This document shows, one piece after another, positions 13,201 to 25,682 of a DNA stretch of 64,000 nt. The DNA lies in assembly GCF_006345805.1 (NCBI RefSeq), contig NC_043002.1:34906001-34970000 (forward strand). Reading direction: 5' to 3'. Numbering within the stretch: the stretch's first letter is position 1; each line of letters opens with the position of its first letter. Position numbers and translations under genes: made by a program. The notes below the pieces were generated by a model. That model saw only the letters and a program-made list of their open reading frames with translations. It was not told where the DNA came from and made no database searches. The stretch is from Octopus sinensis. Taxonomy: Eukaryota.

Positions 13201-14549
13201 CCGTGCTGTGGGCACATGACAAACACCATCCGATCGTGGCCGTCGCCAGCCTCATCTGGCACAAGTGTCAAAATCAAAATCAAAACAAATCAAAATAGAT
13301 GAACATCAATGGAATCTGTATCTTTGTGGTAACAGTGCCGGTGGCACACACTTTGTGGACAGGCCGGTGGTACCAGTGCCGGTGGCACACAAGAGAACCA
13401 TCCGAAAGTGGCCGTAGCCAGTTCCGCATCGACCGGCCTCCGTGCTGTGGGCACGTAACAAACACCATCCGATCATGGCCGTTCGCCAGCATCATGGCCT
13501 CCGTGCTGTGGGCACATAACAACACCATCGATCGTGGCCGTTCGCCAGCCTCTTTGGCACCGTGTCAAATCAAAATGAAACAAATCAAAATAGATGAACA
13601 ATCAAATGGAATCTGTTATTCTCCCTCGACGGTTGGTACCAGGGTACAGTGCCTGTGGCACACAAGAAATCCATCAGTGCTGTAGTCAGTGCGGTGGGCA
13701 CATGACAAACACCATCCGATCGTGGCCGTTCGCCAGCCTCATCTAGCCACCTGTGTGTCGGTGGCACATAAATACACCATCCGAAGACCCGGCAAGACTA
13801 GTCAGGCCATAACCCATGGCCCCTACCTGGGACGTAGTCCAGTCCACCTGTGCATACCTTCCTTCTTGTGACACTTGTGAAGACTGTTGAGAGGCAAGAA
13901 AGTGAAAATCAAACAAATCAAAATAGATGATGAACATCAATGGAATTTGTATATTTGTGTACCAGTGCCGGTGGCACGTGGCACATAAGAAAAACCATCC
14001 GAACGTGCCGTAGCCAGTACCGCATCGACTGGCCTCCGTGCTGTGGGCACGTAACAAGCACCATCCGATCGTGGCCGTTTGCCAGCCTCATCTGGCACCT
14101 GTGCACTGCGGTGGCACATAAAAAAAACACCATCCGAGCGTGGCCGTCTGCCAGCCTTGTCTGGCACCTGTGTCGTTGGCACATAAAAAAAACCATCCGA
14201 GCGTGGCCGTCTGCCAGCCTCGTCTGGCACGTGTGTCGGTGGCACATAAAAACACCATCCGAGCGTGCCCGTCTGCCAGCCTCGTCTGGCACCTGTGTCG
14301 GTGGCACATAAAAAAAACACCATCCGAGCGTGGCCGTTCAGCCTCGTCTGGCACCTGTGTCGGTGGCACATAAAATCACCCACTACACTCTCGGAGTGGT
14401 TGGCGTTAGGAAGGGCATCCAGCTGTAGAAAACTGCCAGATCTGACTGGACTGGTGCAGCTTTCGGGCTCCCCAGACCCCAGTTGAACCGTCCAACCCAT
14501 GCTAGCATGGAAAGCGGACGTTAATGATGATGATGATGATGATGATGAT
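10244..14549 (+). mobile_element. 5'-truncated RTE-clade LINE: frameshifted RT ORF (to 12236), ~2.3-kb tandemly expanded 3' UTR and (TGA)n tail
   Basis: RT motifs KGKGDAL..NNYRGIKLL, QFGFVPGKSTTDAIF, FVDLEKAFDRVPR, GVHQGSVLS, LLYADD (~11283), RLRWYGHV, RGRPRKTW. About six indels or stops break the frame. Confidence 0.92.
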
Positions 14550-14552
14550 ACA

Positions 14553-14935
14553 CATCATCATCATCATCATCGTTTAACGTCCGTTCTCCATGCTAGCATG
14601 GGTTGAACGGTTCGACCGGGGATCTGGGAAGCCAGATCTGGCTGCACCAGGCTCCAGTCTTATCTGGCAATGTTTCTACAGCTGGATGCCCTTCCTAACG
14701 CCAACCACTCCGTGAGTGTAGTGGGTGCTTTTTACGTGCCACCTGCACAGGTGCCAGGCGAGGCTGGCAACGGCCACGGTCGGATTGGTGTATTTTATGT
14801 GCCACCGGCACGGAAGCCAGTCGAGGCCGCGCTGGCATCGGCCACAAGTCGGATAGTGCTTTTTACGTACCACCAGACCAGGGATCCTGGCTGGTTCAAT
14901 TCGATTTCGCTTTAGCTTGCCCCAACATGTCTTCG
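14553..14935 (-). mobile_element. S4 / RTE-tail element, tail-to-tail with the LINE
   Basis: (CAT)6 at 14553-14570 followed by the reverse complement of the LINE tail. Confidence 0.8.
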
Positions 14936-15215
14936 CAAGCAAAGGGGGTTGGCAAAATCCTATGAAAGTACTGGTTAGTTACCTATACAAACAATTGAAC
15001 ATTACAGTTTACATTCTACTGCAAGGCAACTATATAAACCGCGGAGTGGTTGGCGTTAGGAAAGGCATCCAGCCGTAGAAACACTGCCAGATCAGACTGG
15101 GCCTGATGCAGCCTTCCGGCTTCACAGACCCCAGTTGAACCGTCCAACCCATGCTAGCATGGAAAGCGGACGCAAAATGATGATGATGATGTCTGTCTAT
15201 ATATATGTATGTGTG

Positions 15216-15312
<97 letters not shown>

Positions 15313-15804
15313 ATATATATATGTATGTGTATATATACATATATATATTTATAAAATAAATAAATGCGCCCTTTTTAAAGCCTAACTAGGCTCATGGGCC
15401 CGGTTTCCATGGCATATGTGTTCCCCAGCTGGATGGGACACTAGTCCATCACAGCGTTACTCATTTTTGCCAGCTGAGTGGACTGAACGCGTCGCCCAGT
15501 CCAGAAATCGAAACTACAATCTTACGATCATGATGCTGACACCCTAACCACTAAGCCACGTACCTCCACACACACACACATATATATATAAATATATAAT
15601 AAAATATTAGGGAATAAATCCAAACTTACAGGGAAAAATCAGATTTAGGATTGAATCCAATTTTATAGTAAAATATTATATTATATTAAATTAGAGATAA
15701 AACCACTATTAGGCAAATCATACAATGAAAAACTTAAGCCAATACATAAGATTAATTAATTTATATTATTTAAATATATATTAAAATTATTAAAAAAGAT
15801 AATT

Positions 15805-15994
15805 AATATAACACTACGATCGTTTCATGGCTGTTCAATTCTTAAAATTTTCGAGTTACAGTCATTCTTCAGGTGGTTTAAATATTTAACTTGGCGAGGT
15901 TTAATCAAGTTAAATATTTAAACCACCTGAAGAATGACTGTAACTCGAAAATTTTAAGAATTGAACAGCCATGAAACGATCGTCGTGTTATATT
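15805..15994. repeat. Fold-back inverted repeat: 89-bp arms, 12-nt loop, 1 mismatch
   Basis: 15805-15893 is the reverse complement of 15906-15994 except for one position. Confidence 0.95.
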
Positions 15995-15996
15995 TA

Positions 15997-16779
15997 TCAT
16001 CATCATCATCATCATCGTTTAGCGTCCGTTTTCCATGCTAGCATGGGTTGGACGGTTCTACTGGGGTCTGTGAAGCCAGAAGGCTTCATCAGGCCCAGTC
16101 AAATCTAGCAGTGTTTCTACGGCTGGATGCCCTTCCTAACGCCAACCACTCCGAGAGTGTAGTGGGTGCTTTTTACGTGCCACCCGCACAGGTGCCAGAC
16201 AGAGCTGGCAAACGGCCACGAACGGATGGTGCTTTTTATGTGCCACGGCACGAGGGCCAGGCGAGGCTGGCAACGGCCACGAAACGGGGCGGTGCTGGCA
16301 ACGGTCGCGAAACGGAAGGTTCTCTTACATGCCACCGGCACTGGTAACACATTTGCAATTTCCATTGATCGATTTCGATTCTGATCCTCACTTGCCTCAA
16401 CGGGTCTTCACAAGTAGAGTTTCGACATGCCACCGGCACTGGTAACACATCTGCAATTTCCATTGATCGATTTCGATTCTGATCCTCACTTGCCTCAACA
16501 GGTCTTCACAAGTAGAGTTTTGTGTCCCAAGAAGGGAAGGTATGCATACGTAGGCTGGCTCCATCCCATGTAGAAGGCCACGGGTTATGGACTCACTTGT
16601 CCTGCCGGGTCTTCTCGCGCACAGCACACTTCCAGAGGACTCGGTCTCTAGTCATTTCCTCAGTGAGACCTAAAGTTCGAAGGTCGTGCTTCACCACCTC
16701 GTCCCAGGTTTTCCTGGGTCTGCCTCTTCCACAGGTTCCCTCAACTGCTAGGGTGTGGCACTTTTTCACACAACTATCT
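15997..16779 (-). mobile_element. 5'-truncated copy of the same RTE LINE (ORF C-terminus, 3' UTR and tail)
   Basis: 16580-16779 is the reverse complement of LINE 12055-12236 (EGTCGRGRPRKTWDEVVKHDLRTLGL); (CAT)n tail at the left end. Confidence 0.9.
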
Positions 16780-16881
16780 GATGATGATGATGATGAGAAT
16801 AAAAGTATATCAATGTATTTGATGTGTAGTGAGATTAATTTGGAATCAACTGTTCTTGCTTCATCTGGAATTGTTCTTTAG

Positions 16882-17093
16882 ATCATCATCATCATCATCA
16901 TCGTTTAACGTCCGCTTTCCATGCTAGCATGGGTTGGACGGTTCAACTGGGGTCTGGGAAGCCAGAAGGCTGCACCAAGCCCAGTCTGATCTGGCAGTGT
17001 TTCTACAGCTGGATGCCCTTCCTAACGCCAACCACTCCGAGAGTGTAGTGGGTGCTTTTTACATGCCACCTGTACAGGGGCCAGACGAGGCTG
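16882..17093 (-). mobile_element. S4 / RTE-tail element
   Basis: (CAT)n plus the conserved tail motifs. Confidence 0.8.
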
Positions 17094-17126
17094 GATATAT
17101 ATATATATATATATATATAAATGTAT

Positions 17127-17190
<64 letters not shown>

Positions 17191-17380
17191 TAAAAAAAAC
17201 TTTTCTTCTAATTTTTCTAAATTTAATTATTTAATCGTTACAGTTGAAAAGGTCTCAAAATGACCGAAACCGGTACTGAAATGTTCACTATAAAATTATT
17301 TTAGCATTTTCTATTTTTTACTTGTTTTTTCATATATATCAACTCGTGTGTTCCTTTTCACCCTTATACATATATATATA

Positions 17381-17757
17381 TTCTTTTACTTGTTTCAGAC
17401 ATTTGACCGGCCATGCTGGAGCACCACCTTAAGGGGTTTTTTAATCAAAGAAATCAAACCCAGAGCTTATTCTTTCCATGCCTAGTACTTATCCTATAGT
17501 TCTCTTTTTCCAAACCGCTAAGTTACAGGGACATAAACACACCTCCATCACTTGTCAAGTGGTGATGGCAGTGGGGGAGAAGCACACAAACACACACATG
17601 TATACAACAGGTTTCTTTCAGTTTCCTTTGACCAAATCTACTCAAAAGGCTTTGGTCAGCCCAAGGCTATAGAAAAAGAGATTTGCCCAAGGTGCCACGC
17701 AGTGAGATTGAACATGGAACCATGTGGTTGGGAAGCAAGCCATGACTGCACTTATGT
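17381..17757 (-). mobile_element. SINE family S3
   Basis: Homologous to 1-296 and extends into the GCCATGCTGGAGCACC tail. Confidence 0.7.
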
Positions 17758-18805
17758 AGTGCCAAATGGTATATTCCTGGTTATGGCACATAACTGGTTA
17801 CCATTGGTTTTTGCGCATCTGCTATTGCGTTTGGCAGTATTGATGAATGAGACATGCGAGCTGGAAACATATAGCCTCTGTAATGCTGAAGGTAAATATA
17901 CAGTCTTGGTCAGCTTGGTGCTGTTTAATTAATTAACTAATTGATTGCTTGATTAATGGTTCAGTTAATCAAACAATCAGTTCTGTCAAAGTCATTTGGT
18001 TACCATCTGCAACCCACCTCATCAATGACGCAGTTTCTGTTCTAGGTTTGTCTGCCTGTCCTGAAGCTAGTTAATGGGTAAGTAAGTTAATCAACGGAAA
18101 AATAAATAGTAAAGAAGTGAAATAGAACCAGTGTGTGTATCAATTATTGGCAAGATGATCCTTCTGAGATACAACAATCATGTGTTTTCAAATTTAGGTA
18201 CAAGTCCAGCAATTTCAGGGAAGTGGGTAAGTTGATTACATCAACCCCATTGATCATTATTTTATCAACCTTGAAAGGATGAAAGGCTGAGTGTACCTCA
18301 GCAGAATTTGAACCCAGAGTGTAAAATGGCCAAAATGCCACTAAGCATTTTGTCTGGCATGCTAATTTTTCTCCTGCATTACTTATGTCATATCCATTTG
18401 ATTCGGATACATAATCATCACTCATTTTTACTTTCTTCTTTTCTATGTTGGCATGGGTTAGACAAAACTTCTTAAGATGGAATTCTATGGCTAGATATCA
18501 TTCTTGGCGCTAAACAATATATATTTTGAAGTAAGGTACGTTATTTCAATGGTCTCCATGTCAAACAGCAGTCGGATATTTTCTTTGTGAAAGATATAAA
18601 AATAGGATCAGGTAGGGATGTGTGAAAAGAAGCTGGCTGCCCCAAAAATAATATAGCAACGTCATCAGACCTTGAACAACCATAACCCTGTCATCACTGC
18701 AATTGGATATGTCAATTTCCCATCGGGCCTTATCAGCCCCGAATGAGCGTGTAGACAATATGGACAACAGCCTTCCTAATGTTCATCAGTGAAGTGATGC
18801 CAAGA

Positions 18806-18864
<59 letters not shown>

Positions 18865-20699
18865 ACACTATTTTACAATGACATGTGTACTTTACCCATA
18901 CATAACCCTTTTGCACCCCAGTAGATTATGTTTCCATGCCAACACATCCTGATACCCTACGACTGTTCTACCTCATGTCAGGCAATTAATCTAAGTTGCA
19001 CCAGTTCTGTACTAATTAGCCCTAGTAGCAAATGTGCTTCATGACATAACTCAAACAATGGATGACTGAAATCATCTCCCTAGGTATGTCCCTTCCATTC
19101 CCTCATGCAATCTAAACATCCCCATTGTCCCAAGTGGGAAACACTGCCTACCCACTACTTCACAACCAAAATGACTTAATTATCAACACTCTCATAAAGC
19201 ATACCTCCATGTTTTCTGCTCACTTTATTTCTAGTCCTACATTACACAGAATCAACACAACTCCTCTAAAACAGCTACTCTATCCTACACACATGCTCAC
19301 ACACACACACATACCCCTTCCATACGCACAATTGCTAAATGCAAAATCAACTAAATAAAGTCTCTCCAATAATCCTTAAATTGTGCTTCGGTATCAGTCT
19401 CTATTCTTATAAAATACTTGAGTATTTGAGTACCGAAATCTATTTCAGGTTTTAGAGGACATCTTAGAGTGTATCTCTTTTAAAGAAAAGCAAGCTCCTT
19501 GACCCTGCCAACTTCCACAGCCCTATTGCTTTCCATTAACAATCAATTTCTTCATCATCTTCACTCACTCACTCTCTCTCTCTCACACCCTCTCTCTTTC
19601 TCTCTCTGTTATCACCAGTATGGCTTTTGTAGAACCAGATCAATTATATACTTGCTTCCCTATATCACTGCTCAGTGGTCTGTTCATTTCTACAATGACA
19701 AAGTTTTAGCTAAGCTATTCACTTAAGGGCTTTATCAGCTTTTCTTTTTCAGATTAGAAAACTTGTCAGATTACAGCCTCCACTGACAGATTTCTCTCCA
19801 ACTTACATTCTCTCAACTTTTCTGAACCCCAAGTTTAATGTCATCTCCCAGTCTTCTTTCTGTACCCCAACAACCTTTTGGCTGTCACTTCTAACACACA
19901 CTCATATTTGTACACACATGAGATATCGACCTCCATTATCCTTTACCTTTCTGCACACAGGTGTACTTCATATGCAGTCTATACGCTTCATGTCAGGTTC
20001 ACACTGTTGAAATTAACGGAGGCTGCAAAAAACTTCTTTCAGTGGAAACCTCACATCCCTAGCAACAATACAAATACACATTTTTTTTATATATATTGAG
20101 GTAACACTGTTGTACCTCACTTTTTCTCTGCATGAGCAATACACAACTAAACCCTTTAAACATGCTACAAATGTTAGGTCTAACAATCTCTAATAATCTT
20201 TTATTGTAATTTCTCACACATACAACATTATGCCAAAACCCCATCTCTAAGACACATTCCTTTTTGGAGACAAAAATAATTTAATCCCAATTACTTCCTC
20301 CCAATAAGGTCAAATAGCTGCAGTGACACTGAAGAGGTGATTCTTGTATCTAGGATGCTGTTGTTGTTGGTACACATGTACATCTCATTAGAACAAAAGG
20401 TCATCAGGCAAGGATCTATTCACCAACATATTACAGCCACTGCCTTAAAGACATATGGTCTCTTCTCGATACATCTTCTATTGCTGCTAAAATAGCTTCA
20501 ACATAGTTTTCTACAGAACTGTCTTGCCTTGTGCATCACAGCTTCCAGGCCTAATACTTCCTCATAAATCTTCATCTCTTGAAATATTCTCCACCTCTAC
20601 ATTTTTCTCAGACACTAGCCTACAACATAAACCATATCACTCTCGCAAGTCTACGGACATTTTTTTTACAAATGTAGCCATTACTCCACCGCCTCCCAA

Positions 20700-21063
20700 G
20701 AAGTTTGCTTTGATAAAATCAAAATCAAAATCGATCAACATCAATGGAAATTATAGCTGTGATACCAGTGCCGGTGGCACATAAGAGAATCATCCAAACA
20801 TGGCCGTAGCCAGCACCGCCCCGACTGGCTTCCGTGCCAGTGGCACGTAAAAAGCACCATCTGATCATGGTCGTTTGCCAGCCTCGTCTGGCACGTAAAA
20901 AGCACCCACTACACTCATGGAATGGTTGGCATTAGGAAGGGCATCCAGCCGTAAAAACATTGCCAGATCAGACTGGGCCTGGTGCAGCCTTCTGGCTTCC
21001 CAGACCCCAGTTGAACTGTCCAACCCATGCCTGCATGGAAAGCGGATGCTAAACGATGATGAT
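20700..21063 (+). mobile_element. S4 / RTE 3' UTR fragment
   Basis: 3' UTR minisatellite unit followed by the conserved tail and GATGATGATG. Confidence 0.75.
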
Positions 21064-21071
21064 GACAATCT

Positions 21072-21452
21072 TGGCTGTGTGGTAAGAAGTTTACTTTCCG
21101 ACCCCATGGTTCTGAGTTCAGTCCCATTGTGCAGCACTTTGAGCACGCATCTTCTATTATAGCTCCAAGTTGACCAATGTCTTGTAGACAGAAACTAGAA
21201 GAAGCCCATCATATACATGTGTGTATCTTTGTATTTATCTTCACCATTTGATATCTGGTGTTGGTTTGTTTACACCCCTATAACTTAGCAATTTAGCAAA
21301 AAAAAAAAAAAAGAAAAGAAAAACAGATAGAATCAGTACCAGGTTTTAAAAAATATAGGTTGATTTGTTGAACTAAATTTCAAGGTGATGCCTCAGCATA
21401 TCACCAGCATGGACTGCAGGTCCATTGATTGAAACAAGCAAAAGATAAAAAG
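21072..21452 (+). mobile_element. SINE family S3 (diverged)
   Basis: TGGCTGTGTGGTAAG head, GAGTTCAGTCCC, and body homologous to 1-296. Confidence 0.65.
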
Positions 21453-21561
21453 ACTCTATTGTTTTAAGGAGTTTTTGGTATTAAGATTTATCAGTATGAT
21501 GTTTCGTTTTGGGATTTGGTTTGCAAGATTCTTTATATGAGTTCGTGTGTTGAAACATATT

Positions 21562-21749
21562 CTGTTGTATCTGGGGAGAGTAATTTTCTTTTTGTGCCTT
21601 ATGATTTAACACACTCACCGGTAAAATTTCCACTTATTTCTTATTTTTATTTATTTATTTTTTTATTTAAGAAATAAGTGGAAATTTTACCGGTGAGCGT
21701 GTTAAATCATAAGGCACAAAAAGAAAATGACTCTCCCCAGACACAACAG
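21562..21749. repeat. Fold-back inverted repeat: 82-bp arms, 24-nt T-rich loop, 3 mismatches
   Basis: 21562-21643 is the reverse complement of 21668-21749 at 79 of 82 positions (by eye). A related single-arm flank sequence occurs near 50980-51050. Confidence 0.93.
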
Positions 21750-22852
21750 TATGATGTTATTTCAGGCAAATATATCAATGATTTCACATATTTTCTCATG
21801 GTACTGATTAACTCACTCCTGTGTGCTGCTAGAAAACCCAAATGCTATGATATCTCAAAATGACTCACCTTAATCATCATATCTTTCTCAAGCTACACAG
21901 CTTCAAATCACTTCAAAATTCATGTTAATGTTGTTGATCAAATGTTAATGATTTGAACGTTATTACAGGTATCTCTATTGAAACACATCTAAAATCTATG
22001 ATGGACTTTATGGTTGCTATTGACTACAAAGATGGATTATTTTTGTTAATGGTTTATTGCACTGCTGATAACCATATGATAAATGTAGTGGTTTATCTCA
22101 TTGCTGATAACATCTGAGATGGTGTTGCTGTTATGCACGCTGACATCCTGGATTACATCAGGAGACAGACCACCCCATCACTAACAGACACTTTCCAGCA
22201 TCTGGCCTCACAAGTGTGCTACTCCTCTCTCTGCCTTTTCTATTGCTATAATAATGGCCTTCTTTCCTTAGATTTGGCTGCTTTCGTACCCTGACCACTA
22301 AGGTACTCCTTTCCCACTCATCTCGCCACCCCTTGTGCACTTAACTATTCCTTTCTCTGCACCCAATCACTACACCCAATACTTCTTTCCAGAACATCAA
22401 CCCTCTGGATTCTTTTCCCTGTTCATATCCTTCCTGCAGGCATTAATCTACAACAGTTTAAACAGAACATTTAATGGCAGCAGTTTCTGCTTGTGAAAAA
22501 ATGTTATATGATAACCATAGCAATTTATCTGTATGTTGCTAGTTATATGATAGCCATCACAATTTTATTTCACTGCAATGAACTACATGAAAACCATAGT
22601 GCTCTATGATAGAAATGAATGTGGAAGGAAGTAGAGGAAGGGAACAACCAAGAAAGATACAACTGAAGATGCCACACAAAGAAATGTGGACAAAAGGGTT
22701 TTGTAGTTAAGTTTGGGTAATAGGAACATAGGTAACAGTGATGTTATTTGCATAAGATTGTATGTATATTTCATTGAGGTGTATACAGAAAGATTGTGTA
22801 GGTATGATTTAAAAAGAAAACCAAACAAAAGATTTGGAATTTATTATTTAAC

Positions 22853-23232
22853 CATCATCATCGTTTAATGTACGTTCTCCATGCTAGCATGGGTTGGACA
22901 GAAGGCTGCACCAGGCTCTAGTCTGATCTGGCAGTGTTTCTACAGCTGGATGCCCTTCCTAACGTCAACCACTCCGAGAGTGTAGTGGGTGCGTTTTACG
23001 TGCCACCGACACAGGTGCCAAGCGAGGCTGGCAACGGCCACGATCGGATTGGTATTTTTTACGTGCCACCGGCACCATCATCATCATCATCATCATCGTT
23101 TAACGTTCGCTTTACATGCTAGCATGGGTTGGACGATTTTGACTGAGGGCTGGCGAACCAGATGGCTGCACCAGGCTCCAATCTTGATCTGGCAGAGTTT
23201 CTACAACTGGATGCCCTTCCTAACGCCAACCA
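22853..23232 (-). mobile_element. Two head-to-tail S4 / RTE-tail elements
   Basis: (CAT)n tails at ~22853 and ~23075, each followed by the conserved tail motif. Confidence 0.75.
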
Positions 23233-23779
23233 GGGTAAATCCCAGCTGTTTCCTCTTGAAACACTTCTGCTTATTCCCTTATTACAATGCAATATGTGGT
23301 CACAGTTGCTGCTGTATGTCAGTCGAAATACATTAAAATTGAGAATTATGGAAATATTATTTGCAGAGTTGTTGTATAATAAAACAGGAAAGTGGACAAT
23401 CTCTTTGGTGTTATTCACTCTTCACTACACATGCTTCGCCTGCCAAAAGGAATTACAGTTTTACATGGTAGACAGACATTGAAGATTTTCAAATAAGAAG
23501 TTCCTTACATGTCTATCTAACATGTCAATACTTTTAATTCCCATTGGCAACCGAAACAAGTGCAATGGAAAACAAATAACATCAAAAAAAATGTCCACCT
23601 TCATATTTTATTTTGTTATATATATAAATTCATATCGCAACATAGTTTTACTTGCCAGCTAAGTCTTAAGTATTCTGCTTACAGAAAATGCAAATAATAT
23701 ACAGTCTTTTTAATCACCATGTTAGGGTGAAATAAATATTAGCATTTTTAAAAATCTTTGGTCTAGAAGGAGCTGGGCC

Positions 23780-24130
23780 TATGACCTTTACATGTCTTGT
23801 GAAACAAGTGAAGTTGATGCTGTTAATATTCTACCTAAAATATTTCAAGTTCATGACTGCAGGAAAGACATGTACTGGGAGCGAGTTAATGAGATCTTGT
23901 GTACTAGGGAGCAAGTGCTGGGTGTCATGATTGGTGTGGGATCTATGAGGATTGGCTACAGTGTGGGTGATGAGAGAAGACAATCGTGAGTAAAAAGTAC
24001 TTGACTGAACTAGCCAGTTCGGAAATGGTCTTTGGAGTAGCAAGTTTTTAATGTGGTCTTTCAAATAGCAAGATAAAAAGCAGATGGGGGAAACAGCACA
24101 TCTCTGGACCAAAGGCTGAAACATGTTTGT
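23780..24130 (-). mobile_element. Degenerate CR1/Jockey-superclade LINE ORF2 C-terminus
   Basis: FQPLVQRCAVSPIC...RLSS...STQDLINSLPVHVFP resembles the LQPL..RR.V.SL...RT..LWNSLP..VFP motif of such LINEs. Confidence 0.5.
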
Positions 24131-25428
24131 GACTTCATGCTAATCTGTCAAGTAATTTTTTTCTTCTATTTAAATTCGTTTTGGTGGATATGTGGACTAG
24201 GATGCACCAACATTAATCATCTCAGATATAGGAGTATCTACTGAAATAGTCAGCTGGGCTTTATAGAGGGTTAGTATTTGGTGGAGGAAGAAGTATCTTC
24301 TAACTCTGAAGAGAAAAAAAACCATTCCTTAAAATACAGTCATTGCTATGTAAAGGGTGTATGTTTACATGGAAAGATCCTGTATGATTGTGGACATCAT
24401 TTGGAGTGATCACAAGGGCCCTGGTTGCATACTACTATTGTTGAAACAGGTGTGTAGTGTGGTTGTGTTTTCTTGGTATGTGCAGTGATTGTGGGGATTT
24501 TTACTGCAGAAGAAGATAAGATGGGCTTGAACTTAGAGAATATTTTGAGATCTCTGTTCACTAGGTCATTGCAGATTTAGTGTGAGGTGTCTCACTTGTA
24601 TGTGGATGGCATTTGTGTGCAGAAGGTTTGGGTGGAATGGAATGTCATATCATACATGAGTGTGGGCATTGTTGAAGGTGACTGCAAGTAGGGTCAATAA
24701 TGTATGGGGAAAGTGTGTAGGGAAGAGGACCAAACCCTGGCTAACAAAGTGTAAGAGCTCCATCAAGTGTATGTTGCAGTTGTATGATCTGATCGAAAGC
24801 CACCAATCTGAGATATGATAGACAGAGCCCATAGGCAGGCAGTTTTGACAGGAGATTTATTCCAAGTTGCTGATGTTGAGGGTAATGACACTGTTAGAAG
24901 TCATTGGCGAGTAACATAAAATAGTTGCTCTCTAGTAAATTGGATTTTATAAAAGCTATACTGGCAGTCATTTTCTAATGACAGTTCAGTTTATTGTTGG
25001 TCAGGATCAATGGACATGATTTATATTTTCAGTTCAGTAACAGGAGGAGCAACTATTTGTAGAAACAGGGAGTGGGCATTTGTAGCAATTCCATTGCTGC
25101 TACTTTATTAACCTCAGCTGAATGATAGTAGACCCTAGCTAAAATCAAACTCAAGAAGTAAATGGACAAAACTAAATGCAGGAAATGAATCCAGAACTCT
25201 AGTATTTCTCCCAACTCATGCTTCTAACCGTCATCTTCAGTTATTAAATATTAATTTTTAACATTGACTTCATGGCATACGTATTAGGGAAATTCAGGAT
25301 CGATTAAATCTATCGTAACATTTGACTGTTATTTTGTCAGACTGAAAAGTATGGAAAGTGAATTCCACTTGCATGGCATTTGAACTTAGGATGTGAAGAG
25401 ATCCAACTTAACAGCAATTCTGCTATCT

Positions 25429-25636
25429 CATCATCATCATCATTTAGCATCCGCTTTCCATGCTATCATGGGTTGGATGGTTCAACTGGGGTCTGGGAAG
25501 CCAGAAGGCTGCGCCAGGCCCAGCCTGATCTGGCAGTGTTTCTACAGCTGGATACCCTTCCTAATGCCAACCACTCCGTGAGTGTAGTGGGTGCTTTTTA
25601 CGTACCACCTGCACAGGTGCCAGACGAGGCTGGCAT
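25429..25636 (-). mobile_element. S4 / RTE-tail element
   Basis: (CAT)n plus the conserved tail motifs. Confidence 0.75.
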
Positions 25637-25682
25637 CTACGCTTCATAATTTAATGTTGACACACACACATACTAGGAAATA

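Noticed and set aside
13990-14375. CRISPR-like appearance of ~60-bp repeats
   Set aside because: Units are contiguous with no unique spacers, sit inside a LINE 3' UTR, and the DNA is eukaryotic with no cas genes.
15924-15956. Hammerhead-like CTGAAGAA...CGAAA in the 15805 hairpin
   Set aside because: Helix II is mismatched and no helix I can be formed.
17760-17896. Possible exon ending GAAG/GTAAAT inside the 126-aa ORF 17552-17932
   Set aside because: The ORF starts within a SINE, has no clear acceptor and no recognisable protein similarity.
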